A stretch of DNA of 64,000 bases from a virus: IMG/VR virus record IMGVR_UViG_3300015263_000653, positions 25,857 to 89,856 of that record, one strand, 5' to 3'. Both the position numbers and the translations under genes were made by a program. The notes under the pieces were generated by a model. It was given only the letters and a program-made list of their open reading frames with translations. It searched no databases and was not told the DNA's origin. Shown piece after piece: positions 42,836 to 53,285 of the stretch (the stretch's first letter is position 1; each line of letters begins with the position of its first letter).

Positions 42836-45800
42836 TTGGCAATCGATAACTTAGGCAGAGACACCGGCGAATTGAATGCAAGGTCACTGCTTTCCGGCCT
42901 CAACAAACAAGTTGGCGAGGTGATGGAAACCAGTGACTCTCGTAATTCGGGGAAGATGAACGATCTCCTCGAAGCCGTGAACAATCTGTCTGATGTCATC
43001 GGTGACAACCTTAATGAATCATCCAGAGAAGCGAGCGGCTACGCCCAGCAAATCATCTCTGCTTTCGAGAACATCCACAAGAGAGAAGCTCGCCAAGATC
43101 GCAATCAATCCGACGCCTCAGCAGCTTATGCCAAGAAAGGCGTCGATCTCATTGAGCGTATCTACAAGATGGGTAAGTCCCCAAGAACCTTCTGGGTTGG
43201 TTTGGGACATCTACATCCCACTGCCGTCAGTCAGTTCCAGAAGATTCTGAAGGACTGCGGATTGTGCAGGAGCGGTGCGTCAAATGTTGCCGAGAGCATC
43301 AAAGAATCTGTGCTTCGCAGAAGTGCAGGATCAGGTGGTCGTGGCACGGGACCACTGGGAGATGTCATGAGCGGCCCAGCCGGTGGTGTAATGGGCGGCG
43401 GACCCGGTGGCATGGGATTTATGGTCGCAGCAAAGGGCATCACGGCTGCGGTTCACTTGCTTACAGCAGCATCTCAGAGATTGATGAATGCCTTCAATGT
43501 CAATGTCATGAATGCCTTCGATGGCGTCTTGTCACAAAGCAATGCGTTCCGTGAAAGAATCAGAGCTATTGTTTATGAAACGAGAGGCTTCGGTGATCTG
43601 AACAGAGATATTGAGAAACAATACACAAACATCACCGCCGCTGTTTCGGCTACAGGAGTGCAACGAGGAAAATTCCAGCAAGTCTGGGTTGGAAACCTCC
43701 AGCGAGGCTTGGTGATGGAGAATGCTCTGTCTGAAGCTGGTAAAGAATACAACAAACTCATGACTGATCGCATCAAGAAGACGATGCGAGTGCAAACGAC
43801 TGCGATGCACACAGCCATGCAGCTTAACATGAGCGTCGATAACATGAACAACTTGTTCATGGATTGGCGTATGCACCTCGGCATGGGTGTGCTTGAGATC
43901 CAATCAATGGGTCGAGGGATGCAGGATGTCGCCCGTGCCACCGGACTCACTGGAGCCGAGCTTGAAAAAGCTGTCAAGGCCACCGACCAGATCATGAAGA
44001 AGATGAAGAATGCTGGTCGTCTTTCGGCTGAATCTGCCAAGGCTGTGATGGGAATGATGGCAGCGGCACAGAAGTATGGTGTCGGCGACCAAATGGGCAA
44101 GATGATGGAAGCCCTCTCCAGTCCTCGTGGGTTCCTTGAGGCCAGCAACCAGATGAAGGTTTTGTTGCTCCGTTCGGCACAATTGAGTGGCGATAACGGA
44201 CTCGCCCAACGTGTGATGTTTGGTCAGGCCACAAGTGCCCAAGATCTGAACAACTTGGCAAAGGGTTTTGAAGAGAACATGCGTCGGACGCTGAAGGGCT
44301 TCGGCATCGACGATGATTATTTGAAGATGCAGCTTGGCATCGAAGGCGGTTTGGACATGACCAACTTGAGTGGCATGATCCAAGAAATGGAACGTCTCGA
44401 TCCGGCCAAAGCTCGCCATCTCCAGTTGACGCTTGAGCAAGCTTATGGAATGGGCATCGGAGAAATCGAACAGTTGTCGAAGGCCATGGCTGAAGCTGCC
44501 GAAGCAAACAAGCCATTCGGCGAACGCATCGACAAGATGACGCAAGAACTCAGAGACATGGAACGAGCAGGCATGGGTGCCAGCGATGCGGCCAATGAAC
44601 TCCGTGCTCGACTCCAAGAAACAAACACATCTGCTCTTCAGGATGGTTTTACTGCTTGGCAGAAAGCTATTCAGAGAAGCAATGGCGACATGGTTGCAGC
44701 CCAACGAGACTTGGAGCAGCGACTTCAGAGTTCAATGGGTCCAGAGATGGCCCGAGAATTCGCTGCAAACATTGGCGGAAAAGCGGGCGAACTTCTCGAT
44801 GATTTGAGAGCAAGAGCGGCAGCACAAGGTAAAGACCTTGACGCTCTTCTGCAAAAACGTGGCTTCAACATGGCTCAAATCAAAAGAGCGATGACGAGTG
44901 GCACCGCAGAAGAGATGGAAAACGCCATGTCCATTCTGAACGAAGCTCAGCAAGAGATCGGCAGAAAGGAACGTGAAGGCCAAGATCCGATCACGGAAAT
45001 CCGTGGACAGATCGTGGATATCAATAACAAGCTCGGATCGATTGCTGACAGCATTCTGTTCGCAATCCCCAACATGTTAATGAAGATCATCTTCTGGACG
45101 GCCACTATCGGCGGTGTTATTACATCGCTTTTGGCCTTCTTCATGAGCGGGGCATGGCTGGCAGGTCTCTTCAGTGGTGCTGGCATTCCCGGTGGCGGCG
45201 GCTTGATGGGAATGCTTGGCGGTGGCGGGGGCCTCATGGGAGGCGTCGGCGGCGGTGGCGGATTAGCTGCCGGTGCTTCAATTGCAGGAGCCATTGCTGC
45301 TCCAATCATGGCCCTTGTCGGTGCCGTCAAAGGATTCTCTGAGGCCGAAGAAGCTGGCCGTACCAAACTGGGCGGCACACTGTTGGGAATTCTTACAGGT
45401 GGTGCTGGAACAGGTGGCGGCTTAGTTGGAAAAATGTTTGGGACAGAGGAAGGGACTGGAGCCGACAAAGCGGCAGGCGTGGCAACTGCTGGTTTGTGGG
45501 GTGCGGGTCTTGGTGCAGCGATTGGTACTGCCATTGCTCCCGGTATCGGTACGGCCATTGGAGCCGCAATTGGCGGTGTGGTCGGAATGGGAACTCAGTT
45601 CCTCAAGATCATCACAGCAGGCACGACAATCCTTGAAGATCTGCTGCAACCATTCCAGATTTTGATCACTTACGTCACAGAAAACCTGAAGGACGTATGG
45701 GCGATCATTAAGGCAATCTTCAGCTTTGATCTCGGAACCATCATGGACAGTGTGCTCAACATCATTGGGCGGACGATCATGTTGATCCCGAGCTTGATCT

Positions 45801-48127
45801 GGGCTGGATTGAAGATGATCGTCATCACACTGCCTCAGTTGTTCTTCGCTGCGATCAAAGGCATCTTCGTCGATCTCCCAATGTTCCTTTGGGGAGCAGT
45901 CAAGTCTGGACTGGAGAGTTTGGCGAACAGCGAATGGGTTGGTCCAATCTTCGAGACACTCAGCGAAGCATTCAATGAAATCTATGATGGGGTCATGGCG
46001 ATCTACGAGCCGATCTCGGAAGCTTTCGGGGCTATCATCGGAATCTTCCAAGAGATCGGTGAAGCCCTGTTTGGAGCGAGTGATGGCGGCACAGCCTTGG
46101 GCTTCGTGATGGATCTTCTGAAGGGAGCGATTCATGGTCTCGCCACAGTAATTGGTTGGGCTTTGAAGCCTGTCGTTTGGTTGGCTCAAGCATTCGGTGC
46201 GGTTCTTAAAACTGTCGGTTGGATTGTTGAAGGAATCGTGGCTCCGTTCAAATGGTTGTACGATGTGCTGGTTGGACACTCAATCATCCCAGATCTTGTG
46301 TTCGGTATTGTGAAATTCTTCGCCATGCTTCCGATCAGAATCTTGGAAGCTTTGGGCGAACTTGCAATTTCGATTGTTGGATTCTTCTTAGAACTGCCCG
46401 GTAAGATCTTGGATGCACTGGCAACTCTGGCTGGCAAGATCGTCGATTTCTTCTTGGAGCTTCCCGGCAAGATTATTGCCGCTTTGGGCGATCTCGCTGG
46501 GGCACTGGCTGCAAAAATCGGGGACATCATCACTGGCATTCCAATGATGCTGCTGGATGCCGCCAAGAGCGTCTTTGTTGACTTCCCATCTTGGTTGTTC
46601 GACACACTCACAGGCGGGTTGGCAGACCTTGGCACATGGATTTGGGACCACACTATCGGTGCTCTCATCAACATGATCCCTGACTGGATCAAGAACATGT
46701 TCACCGATGAGAACTCTGTCTTGAAAGACGAGGGTGGCGGCACAGTCTTGGGCGAAGCTGGAGAAACCTTGTCTGATGTTGCTGGCGGTGCTGGCCGCAT
46801 GACTCTCGGTGCGGGCGGCAAGTTGCTTGAAGGCGACGTGTTGGGAGCGGCTGGCGAAGTTCTCGGCGGCGCAAAAGATATGGTAGTAGGTGCCGTTGAC
46901 GGCATCATCGATACCGGTGCGGCTGTGCTTGATGCTGTGAACCCGTTCAACTGGTTCGATGCTGGATCGAGAGAGATTAAAAACACCGGTGTCGCCATGG
47001 TTCACGAAGGCGAAATGATCATCCCGAAGGATATTTGGGAATCGATTACCGCTGTCGGTGGTGGCTTTGGTAGTGGGGGCGGAATCACAGATGCCTTTGC
47101 TACCTTGCTCAATCCACTGGGAATGATGGGAGGCGGCGGCTTGTCTTCGATCTTCAATCCGGTTGGTTTGATCGGAGATGCAATGACGGGAATCGGAAGC
47201 GTTGTGTCCGGTGCGGTTGACATGCTGAATCCGTTCAATTGGTTTGGCGGCAACGAAGATGTAGCCGAAGCACTACCTGAAGAAACAGCGGCAGCAGTAG
47301 GCTTGTATGATTATCTCGATATCGCAATCGACGCCTTGATGTCAATTGCTGGCTCTAACGAAGCAATCGCCGAGAATCTCGGTGCTTTCTCCCCAGAAGC
47401 TCCAACAACAGCTTTAGAAAAGGGCATCGAAGAGAAAGCATCTGATTCTGATAGCGGTTGGCTTAGTTCTGTGTCTGACATGATTTCTGGTTGGTTCGGC
47501 GAACCTGCTGGAGACATGTTCGATGACATCGTGGCCGACTTGGAATCTGCTTTTGGGTTCAAGTCTGAGGCTGACAAGAAATCTCCGGTCGCAGATGCAG
47601 GCAAGGGTTTGTACTACGACATGAACAACCCAATGATGACTGCATTCAATGCGATCACCAACCCTGTCGGAGCAATTGCATCTGGAATCGGCAGCCTGTT
47701 TGGAATTGGCGGCAGCGGCGGTTCAATAAGTGCAGGGTCGGGACTCAATTACAGAGACCAGATGAAGGGAGAAGTTTCGGCTTCGACAATGACTCTGGGT
47801 GCTATGGAACAAAGGCTTGCTAGTGAGAAGGCTGGTTCTGAAGGAAGTGGCACGGGAACCGCCATGGGCATGAGTGGTGTGGAGGGTTTGCTGCATGAAG
47901 AGGTTACTTTGATGGGAATGATGTACGAAACACTTGAAGCAATCAAATCCAACACCAGCAGCAAACCGAGACCGAAGGTTATCGATGCACCGGGTGCTGG
48001 AAACAGACCACCTCACGCTCAAGGTGTGAAATCAATCGCAATGGATTATGTAAGAGGTTACTGGGATCTGACCACGGGCGATTACGCACCGCCAGCAGTC
48101 ACCAATGACGGACGAGGAGGCAACTAA
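42836..48127 (+). CDS. Tail tape-measure protein (1763 aa)
   Basis: Very long, helical, A/G/M-rich; Gly-rich hydrophobic centre; FFLELPGKI repeats; MVHEGEMIIP; precedes baseplate genes. Confidence 0.88.
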   Translation: MAIDNLGRDTGELNARSLLSGLNKQVGEVMETSDSRNSGKMNDLLEAVNNLSDVIGDNLNESSREASGYAQQIISAFENIHKREARQDRNQSDASAAYAKKGVDLIERIYKMGKSPRTFWVGLGHLHPTAVSQFQKILKDCGLCRSGASNVAESIKESVLRRSAGSGGRGTGPLGDVMSGPAGGVMGGGPGGMGFMVAAKGITAAVHLLTAASQRLMNAFNVNVMNAFDGVLSQSNAFRERIRAIVYETRGFGDLNRDIEKQYTNITAAVSATGVQRGKFQQVWVGNLQRGLVMENALSEAGKEYNKLMTDRIKKTMRVQTTAMHTAMQLNMSVDNMNNLFMDWRMHLGMGVLEIQSMGRGMQDVARATGLTGAELEKAVKATDQIMKKMKNAGRLSAESAKAVMGMMAAAQKYGVGDQMGKMMEALSSPRGFLEASNQMKVLLLRSAQLSGDNGLAQRVMFGQATSAQDLNNLAKGFEENMRRTLKGFGIDDDYLKMQLGIEGGLDMTNLSGMIQEMERLDPAKARHLQLTLEQAYGMGIGEIEQLSKAMAEAAEANKPFGERIDKMTQELRDMERAGMGASDAANELRARLQETNTSALQDGFTAWQKAIQRSNGDMVAAQRDLEQRLQSSMGPEMAREFAANIGGKAGELLDDLRARAAAQGKDLDALLQKRGFNMAQIKRAMTSGTAEEMENAMSILNEAQQEIGRKEREGQDPITEIRGQIVDINNKLGSIADSILFAIPNMLMKIIFWTATIGGVITSLLAFFMSGAWLAGLFSGAGIPGGGGLMGMLGGGGGLMGGVGGGGGLAAGASIAGAIAAPIMALVGAVKGFSEAEEAGRTKLGGTLLGILTGGAGTGGGLVGKMFGTEEGTGADKAAGVATAGLWGAGLGAAIGTAIAPGIGTAIGAAIGGVVGMGTQFLKIITAGTTILEDLLQPFQILITYVTENLKDVWAIIKAIFSFDLGTIMDSVLNIIGRTIMLIPSLIWAGLKMIVITLPQLFFAAIKGIFVDLPMFLWGAVKSGLESLANSEWVGPIFETLSEAFNEIYDGVMAIYEPISEAFGAIIGIFQEIGEALFGASDGGTALGFVMDLLKGAIHGLATVIGWALKPVVWLAQAFGAVLKTVGWIVEGIVAPFKWLYDVLVGHSIIPDLVFGIVKFFAMLPIRILEALGELAISIVGFFLELPGKILDALATLAGKIVDFFLELPGKIIAALGDLAGALAAKIGDIITGIPMMLLDAAKSVFVDFPSWLFDTLTGGLADLGTWIWDHTIGALINMIPDWIKNMFTDENSVLKDEGGGTVLGEAGETLSDVAGGAGRMTLGAGGKLLEGDVLGAAGEVLGGAKDMVVGAVDGIIDTGAAVLDAVNPFNWFDAGSREIKNTGVAMVHEGEMIIPKDIWESITAVGGGFGSGGGITDAFATLLNPLGMMGGGGLSSIFNPVGLIGDAMTGIGSVVSGAVDMLNPFNWFGGNEDVAEALPEETAAAVGLYDYLDIAIDALMSIAGSNEAIAENLGAFSPEAPTTALEKGIEEKASDSDSGWLSSVSDMISGWFGEPAGDMFDDIVADLESAFGFKSEADKKSPVADAGKGLYYDMNNPMMTAFNAITNPVGAIASGIGSLFGIGGSGGSISAGSGLNYRDQMKGEVSASTMTLGAMEQRLASEKAGSEGSGTGTAMGMSGVEGLLHEEVTLMGMMYETLEAIKSNTSSKPRPKVIDAPGAGNRPPHAQGVKSIAMDYVRGYWDLTTGDYAPPAVTNDGRGGN

Positions 48128-48678
48128 TGGCCCAACAACATAAAGCAACAAACACCGGTAGTCTAAATCGGATTGAAGATTGTTATCTTACAATTCCCGG
48201 AGCAGGTACTATCATAATGAACAACCTGCCAGACATCTCTGATTCTAAAGGGGCTGTCTACAACAACGAAGCGATCATCGGTCGTTCTTTTCCGTTGTAC
48301 ACATATTCGCATTCGGCAGATCGAACGATCAGTATGCAAATGCACTTTTTCGTCGTTGATCCCAACGATGTATTTCAGAACTTAAACTATCTGAGATGGA
48401 TTGAAAGTGCCGTGTATCCCCGTGAAGGCGGAAGCATCGGTGCCCCATTCATTCCACCTCCTGTGTGTCAAATCAAGTGTGGAGAACTTTTGGCTAAGGA
48501 GCCACTTTGTGTGGTTCTACAGTCTTATAGTGTGAAGTTTCCTACAGAAGTAGCGTGGGCACTAGATCCTCAGCCTGTCTTCACTCCATTTCGATTTGAC
48601 GTGGACACACAATGGTTGACGGTTTATACCTCGCCGGATCTTCCGTTCCAGAGCAGGATTGTACAGACAGGAAGGTAA
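48127..48678 (+). CDS. Tail tube initiator / CIS tube-like baseplate protein
   Basis: IIGRS.P...Y..S..R.I, VYP...PPPVC.I..G...V..SYSV pattern; follows the TMP. Confidence 0.65.
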   Translation: MAQQHKATNTGSLNRIEDCYLTIPGAGTIIMNNLPDISDSKGAVYNNEAIIGRSFPLYTYSHSADRTISMQMHFFVVDPNDVFQNLNYLRWIESAVYPREGGSIGAPFIPPPVCQIKCGELLAKEPLCVVLQSYSVKFPTEVAWALDPQPVFTPFRFDVDTQWLTVYTSPDLPFQSRIVQTGR

Positions 48679-48679
48679 C

Positions 48680-49006
48680 ATGGCTGATATTCCAATTGAA
48701 ATCGCAAACATTAGAACAGAAACAATTGTAGCCCCTCAGAGCAGATACACCAAGCAGAACGTGATCTACTATGGCGAGAATCGGTTTTTGACCTTTGACA
48801 CATATCTGCGTGTTCCTTATGTACCAGAAGGGAATGAGCAGGTGATGTTGGTTAGCAAAGGTGTGGAGTACAGACCAGATCTAGTTTCTTTTGACGTATA
48901 TGGGTTCCCCGATGCTTGGTGGAACATTCTTGAAGCCAATGGCATGAAGGACGTATTTGAGTTTAAGGCCGGAAGAACAATCATGATTCCGAACCGAGTG
49001 GGATGA
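48680..49006 (+). CDS. Baseplate wedge protein, T4 gp53/LysM-like
   Basis: YRPDLVSFDVYG...WWNILEAN...F..G..I.IP. Confidence 0.8.
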   Translation: MADIPIEIANIRTETIVAPQSRYTKQNVIYYGENRFLTFDTYLRVPYVPEGNEQVMLVSKGVEYRPDLVSFDVYGFPDAWWNILEANGMKDVFEFKAGRTIMIPNRVG

Positions 49007-49007
49007 T

Positions 49008-50561
49008 ATGGCTGGATGTATTGAGACATACCAAAGCAGTTGTGTTAAGAAATTGCCGGAACCGGGCGAGACGCTCGCTCCATGGGTACAGATCACCATT
49101 CAAAATCCATCGGCTGGCGCAGGGAGTGGTGGCTCGATTACGGTCGGCAATCGTTCTTTCCCTTCAAACCCTCACACTGCCGTCATCAAATCTTTTGAAT
49201 TCGGCAAAGCCGATTCCTTGAGTTGCCGTGTGGTTGTCCATGACGAACAAGGCGGAAGCTTTGTGAAATTCGCCGAAGCACTTCTTAAAGATTACAAGTG
49301 TGCCAAACCTCCATTCAATATGAAGGTCGAATGGGGTTGGGTGAAAACAAACTGTGGTGCGCCAGCGTCCCCCAGACTCTCCAAGCCTGCCTATATGATC
49401 GTAGGTATGATGGAGACCAACTTCACTGGAGGAAAGTTTCAATACGAGATCACCGGAACAGAAGTGTTTTCTTCTGGTCAAGAAGGTGGTTCAGAAGAAG
49501 TGATTGGCGGTGACGGAGATGAGGGCGTTTATCTTAGAGATGCCATTGAACAATATCTGACCGAAGAACCACCACCAATCGTTGGCAAAGTGAAATTCTG
49601 TAAGGTTGTTCGAGGAAACTGTGTTCCTGTTGCTTTTGAGGAAGGAGAGAAGACCTCAGAAAATGGTCGCTCTGCTTCTTGGAAAGGCCCGAAAGGAAAG
49701 TGGCAGTGTCAGGGTCAAGATAAACTGCGAACAGTGGTTCGTTGGTTGGAAGGATGGCGCAGCGAAAACAAGAAGGCGTTTGTTCCGTTCTACAACGACG
49801 AATCCGCTGATGGCGAGGTGATCTTCTGGGAAGATCCAAAGCCTCAGTGTAGCCAGAATTCCCCCGACGAAGGATGTGTGGGTTTTTACCTAGTCAACGG
49901 CGGCAAAGAGAGCCCGGTGATTGAGTTCAATCCATCCTTTAAGTGGGACTTTGCCATGCTCACCAACGTCGGTGGTAACACGTCTGTTCAGACTATTGAT
50001 CCTACAGACAATAACGCAAAGACAAAAGGACGAGATGAATGTCCTACTTTGTCACGAACGGGAAATCCGGGTGCTGGTCATGGTATGTCAACACCACAAA
50101 GCGAAAACCACGATAACCGGTTCGGACAAGGCGGAACCGAGAAAAACAGAGAAGCTCAAGATGCAATGTTTCGAGCTTTAAGGCCAGCCGACATGATCGA
50201 GGCCGATCTGGTGTTAGTCGGAGATCCATCAATCCATCCTCTGACACATTACCAGAAGCCAGTTTCAATTGCTTTCATCAATCCATTTCACTTGTTGGGA
50301 GCGAGCAATGCTGCCTTCGGGGGAGCAACAGATACATCGGGAATTGGTTCTTGTGGAGAGTGGTTGGCACTTCCATTGTGCAACCCTGTCTTAAGCAACG
50401 ACAAATGGCAAATCAAATCAATCACACATCGAATCGAAGCTGGGAAATATACTACTACTCTAAGAGTATATCTCGCCGTGCCCGGCGTGGACCTTGATAC
50501 AGGTCAGAATCTTGGCGGATCAGCATTAGGATGGAAACCTCCTGCGGGCTGCCCGTCATAA
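49008..50561 (+). CDS. Baseplate hub protein (gp27/GpD-like)
   Basis: Position between gp53-like and spike; V.WGW, GDPSI, W.IKSITH.I..G.YTT.L. Confidence 0.7.
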   Translation: MAGCIETYQSSCVKKLPEPGETLAPWVQITIQNPSAGAGSGGSITVGNRSFPSNPHTAVIKSFEFGKADSLSCRVVVHDEQGGSFVKFAEALLKDYKCAKPPFNMKVEWGWVKTNCGAPASPRLSKPAYMIVGMMETNFTGGKFQYEITGTEVFSSGQEGGSEEVIGGDGDEGVYLRDAIEQYLTEEPPPIVGKVKFCKVVRGNCVPVAFEEGEKTSENGRSASWKGPKGKWQCQGQDKLRTVVRWLEGWRSENKKAFVPFYNDESADGEVIFWEDPKPQCSQNSPDEGCVGFYLVNGGKESPVIEFNPSFKWDFAMLTNVGGNTSVQTIDPTDNNAKTKGRDECPTLSRTGNPGAGHGMSTPQSENHDNRFGQGGTEKNREAQDAMFRALRPADMIEADLVLVGDPSIHPLTHYQKPVSIAFINPFHLLGASNAAFGGATDTSGIGSCGEWLALPLCNPVLSNDKWQIKSITHRIEAGKYTTTLRVYLAVPGVDLDTGQNLGGSALGWKPPAGCPS

Positions 50562-50574
50562 TTAAGGGGGACCA

Positions 50575-52854
50575 TTGACGACTAATCCATTACGAGGGAC
50601 CGATGTTCCTATCGAAGATCATGTAACTCACATGGCCGAACGAATCGCCGAACTTGAGCGAGTCGTTACGATGATCGGATACCACTCGAAAGCTTCTAAG
50701 AAAAGAAGATTCAAGAGCAAGAAGCAAGCCTCTGTATATTGGGGTTTCAACCGTGCTTTCTGCGTAGAAACTGTGGACCCATGGAAGCAGAATCGGGTTC
50801 GTTTCTATCATCCGATGCTTCATGATCCCGAGACAAAACTGCTCGACCTTCCATTTGCCAATGCTGTATCGGCCATGGGAGGCTTCGATGATTGTGGGCT
50901 GAACTGGGTTCCTCCTGCTGGTTCGACCATCGTGCTGTTTTTCGAGGGTGGACACCGTGATGCTCCCTTCTATATGGGAACAGTCTGGCACAGACACCGT
51001 GGACCGGGCGGCGGCAAGCACCCATTCCCGAGCCGTGAATGGGATAGCGTCTACCGTGGGCACCGAAAGGGTTACTTCTTGGGGCCGGGTGGCGATCCCA
51101 ACAGTGAAGATCAGGTTCTTCCACCATGGAACACCGAGAGCTACAACGGCTATGACATCGATGACATTCGGGAATTCACAGAAGATCCTCAAGAACAACG
51201 ACGAGTGACCTACCCGAACATCTATGGCTTCAAGACTCCTGAGAAGCACATGTTCAAGATGGTCGATGGAAACGCCAAGTGTAATCGCAGATGGAAGCGT
51301 CTGGAGATTCAATCGGGCTGTGGCAACTACATGGTCTTCAAAGACGATCACCTTCATTATGGGGGTCAGTGGGCACATCCTTCGTGTCCTCCAACACCGG
51401 GTGGCGCAGGACTTGATGTTTGCTCGATCCACAATGACGGCAATCCGGGGCCATTCTTTACAGACTTTCACGGAAAGCCCATTGAAGGCAAAGCATTGTG
51501 CGAACCCGGATGTGCCAATCCAGAAGGTGTCCAGTGTAGCAAGATCTTGGGCGGACACAGCAGTACGCCCGGTTTGCCGCCTGACAATCCAACCAAATAT
51601 CACGAAGTACAATCGGGTGCCAACAAGTTCTTCAAACACGAAAACGAATGTCGCCCAGTTAAAGGGCCGGGCACGCCTCAGAACAACAAGTTGGATTTGC
51701 CACAATCTGGCATCCAGTTCTTGTCGATCAGCGGTCACACGATGGTTATGGACGATTCGGTCGAAGAGCCCAAGGGTATTCCAGAGTGGGAGCGATCCAC
51801 CAAAGCTTTTGACTTCGGATGTAATGACAAGTATCTCGGCGTCTTCTATATGAAGTCGGCCACCGGCCACTCCTTCACCATGAGCGATGTGGAAGAATTG
51901 AGCCAACTTCGAGGCAAAGACAACTACGTCGAATTGAAGTCGGCCAGTGGAAACAAGATTCAACTGAACGATCATACGATTGGTGCCCCGGATTGCCCCG
52001 GCTGCCCACCGAATATCGCTGGTGAGGAGCGTGGCATTCATCTGGAGAGCACAAGCACGCACAGAATCAAGATGATCGACCATCTTAATGAACAGTGTGC
52101 TCCTTGCCGCAAAGAGGGCGGAACTCCAACACCAAAGGCTACCAGAGCTTACATCCAGATCAGATCGGGATACGGTCTGGAGATGCGATACAACGACGAC
52201 TTCTCACAGCAGGAGACCCAGCAGCAGTGGATACAAATTTTGCATCCACAGTGCGTGGACCCGAACACAGATGTTTATTGTAACTCCTGCGAGAGTGCGG
52301 AGTGTCGTGGGCCTCACTTCCTGAGATTCCAAGGGCGACCCAAGGGAACTCCGGGCGTGGTGTTCTTGCGAGCGGGCGGACATGCGATCCGGCAGACTTA
52401 TGATATGGATATCGTTCTGGTGGGCGACAAGGAAAAGAACCCATCAGACAAGTTTACTTATGTTTCCAAGAAGTTCATCACTTCTGCGGAAGACATTCAC
52501 TTCAGGTATTCTGGAGAACTACACATCTTCTTTGCGGAGAAACAGATTCTCCTGATGGCTGGTCGAGACTGTCCACCGCCAGAAGATGATCCGACCGGAT
52601 GTAAGGGTCCGTGCCTATATAACGTAATCGTGGCTCGTTGCCCAGTCATCTGTCCTCTCACTGGTATCCTACACTGGACCGAGAAGGCAGCCAGCGAGCG
52701 TGTGTTTGCTTCGGCATACCATCCATGTCAGGTGCCTTGCGGCGGCGGCGATTGCGGCAGTTATTTTGCTCGAATGGCAGCAGCGGGCGATCCGCCAGAG
52801 TGTCTGGAGCAGAATAGCGGTTTCGGAATTGACACAGGAGCAGGGACAATCTAA
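50575..52854 (+). CDS. Baseplate central spike, gp5/VgrG OB-fold protein, Cys-rich
   Basis: DPWKQNRVR...WVPPAGSTIVLFFEGG...PFYMG; SGH...M.D beta-helix-type repeats. Confidence 0.8.
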   Translation: MTTNPLRGTDVPIEDHVTHMAERIAELERVVTMIGYHSKASKKRRFKSKKQASVYWGFNRAFCVETVDPWKQNRVRFYHPMLHDPETKLLDLPFANAVSAMGGFDDCGLNWVPPAGSTIVLFFEGGHRDAPFYMGTVWHRHRGPGGGKHPFPSREWDSVYRGHRKGYFLGPGGDPNSEDQVLPPWNTESYNGYDIDDIREFTEDPQEQRRVTYPNIYGFKTPEKHMFKMVDGNAKCNRRWKRLEIQSGCGNYMVFKDDHLHYGGQWAHPSCPPTPGGAGLDVCSIHNDGNPGPFFTDFHGKPIEGKALCEPGCANPEGVQCSKILGGHSSTPGLPPDNPTKYHEVQSGANKFFKHENECRPVKGPGTPQNNKLDLPQSGIQFLSISGHTMVMDDSVEEPKGIPEWERSTKAFDFGCNDKYLGVFYMKSATGHSFTMSDVEELSQLRGKDNYVELKSASGNKIQLNDHTIGAPDCPGCPPNIAGEERGIHLESTSTHRIKMIDHLNEQCAPCRKEGGTPTPKATRAYIQIRSGYGLEMRYNDDFSQQETQQQWIQILHPQCVDPNTDVYCNSCESAECRGPHFLRFQGRPKGTPGVVFLRAGGHAIRQTYDMDIVLVGDKEKNPSDKFTYVSKKFITSAEDIHFRYSGELHIFFAEKQILLMAGRDCPPPEDDPTGCKGPCLYNVIVARCPVICPLTGILHWTEKAASERVFASAYHPCQVPCGGGDCGSYFARMAAAGDPPECLEQNSGFGIDTGAGTI

Positions 52855-53285
52855 TGGCAAAAGCAAAGTTTCTAGGACTGCAATACCCGTTGGTTAAGAC
52901 GCCCAGAGGCATCTTGGCCCAGAAAAGCGGCGTCGATCAGATCAAGGCGGATTTGTTGCAATTGCTTCTGACGAACCCCGGCGAACGTGTCATGTTACCC
53001 ACATATGGAACGCCTTTACGGGAATTGTTCTTCGAACAGAATGACAGATCACTGGAGTTACAGGCCAGAAATATGATCGCCAGTGCTATTTTGAGATGGG
53101 AGCCCCGAATTGTCGTTCAGAACATCACTGTTCAAGCCGGGTTGGACAGAAACGACAGCCGATTACACCCAGATGATTCTCAGGACGAAGTTGAGAGCAT
53201 CTTAATGATCAGCATTGAGTTTGTGGACCCAGAAAACATTTCGGAAGTTGAAGAACTTGTTCTTCAAGTCCCTGTACAGAGGTAA
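52854..53285 (+). CDS. GPW/gp25-family baseplate wedge protein
   Basis: LLLTNPGERVMLPTYG..L..L.FE, RWEPRI. Confidence 0.92.
   Translation: MAKAKFLGLQYPLVKTPRGILAQKSGVDQIKADLLQLLLTNPGERVMLPTYGTPLRELFFEQNDRSLELQARNMIASAILRWEPRIVVQNITVQAGLDRNDSRLHPDDSQDEVESILMISIEFVDPENISEVEELVLQVPVQR

Noticed and set aside
50590-52083. 497-aa antisense ORF opposite the spike gene (and similar ones opposite the TMP and CCA-like genes)
   Set aside because: Typical antisense shadow of a codon-biased gene; no motifs
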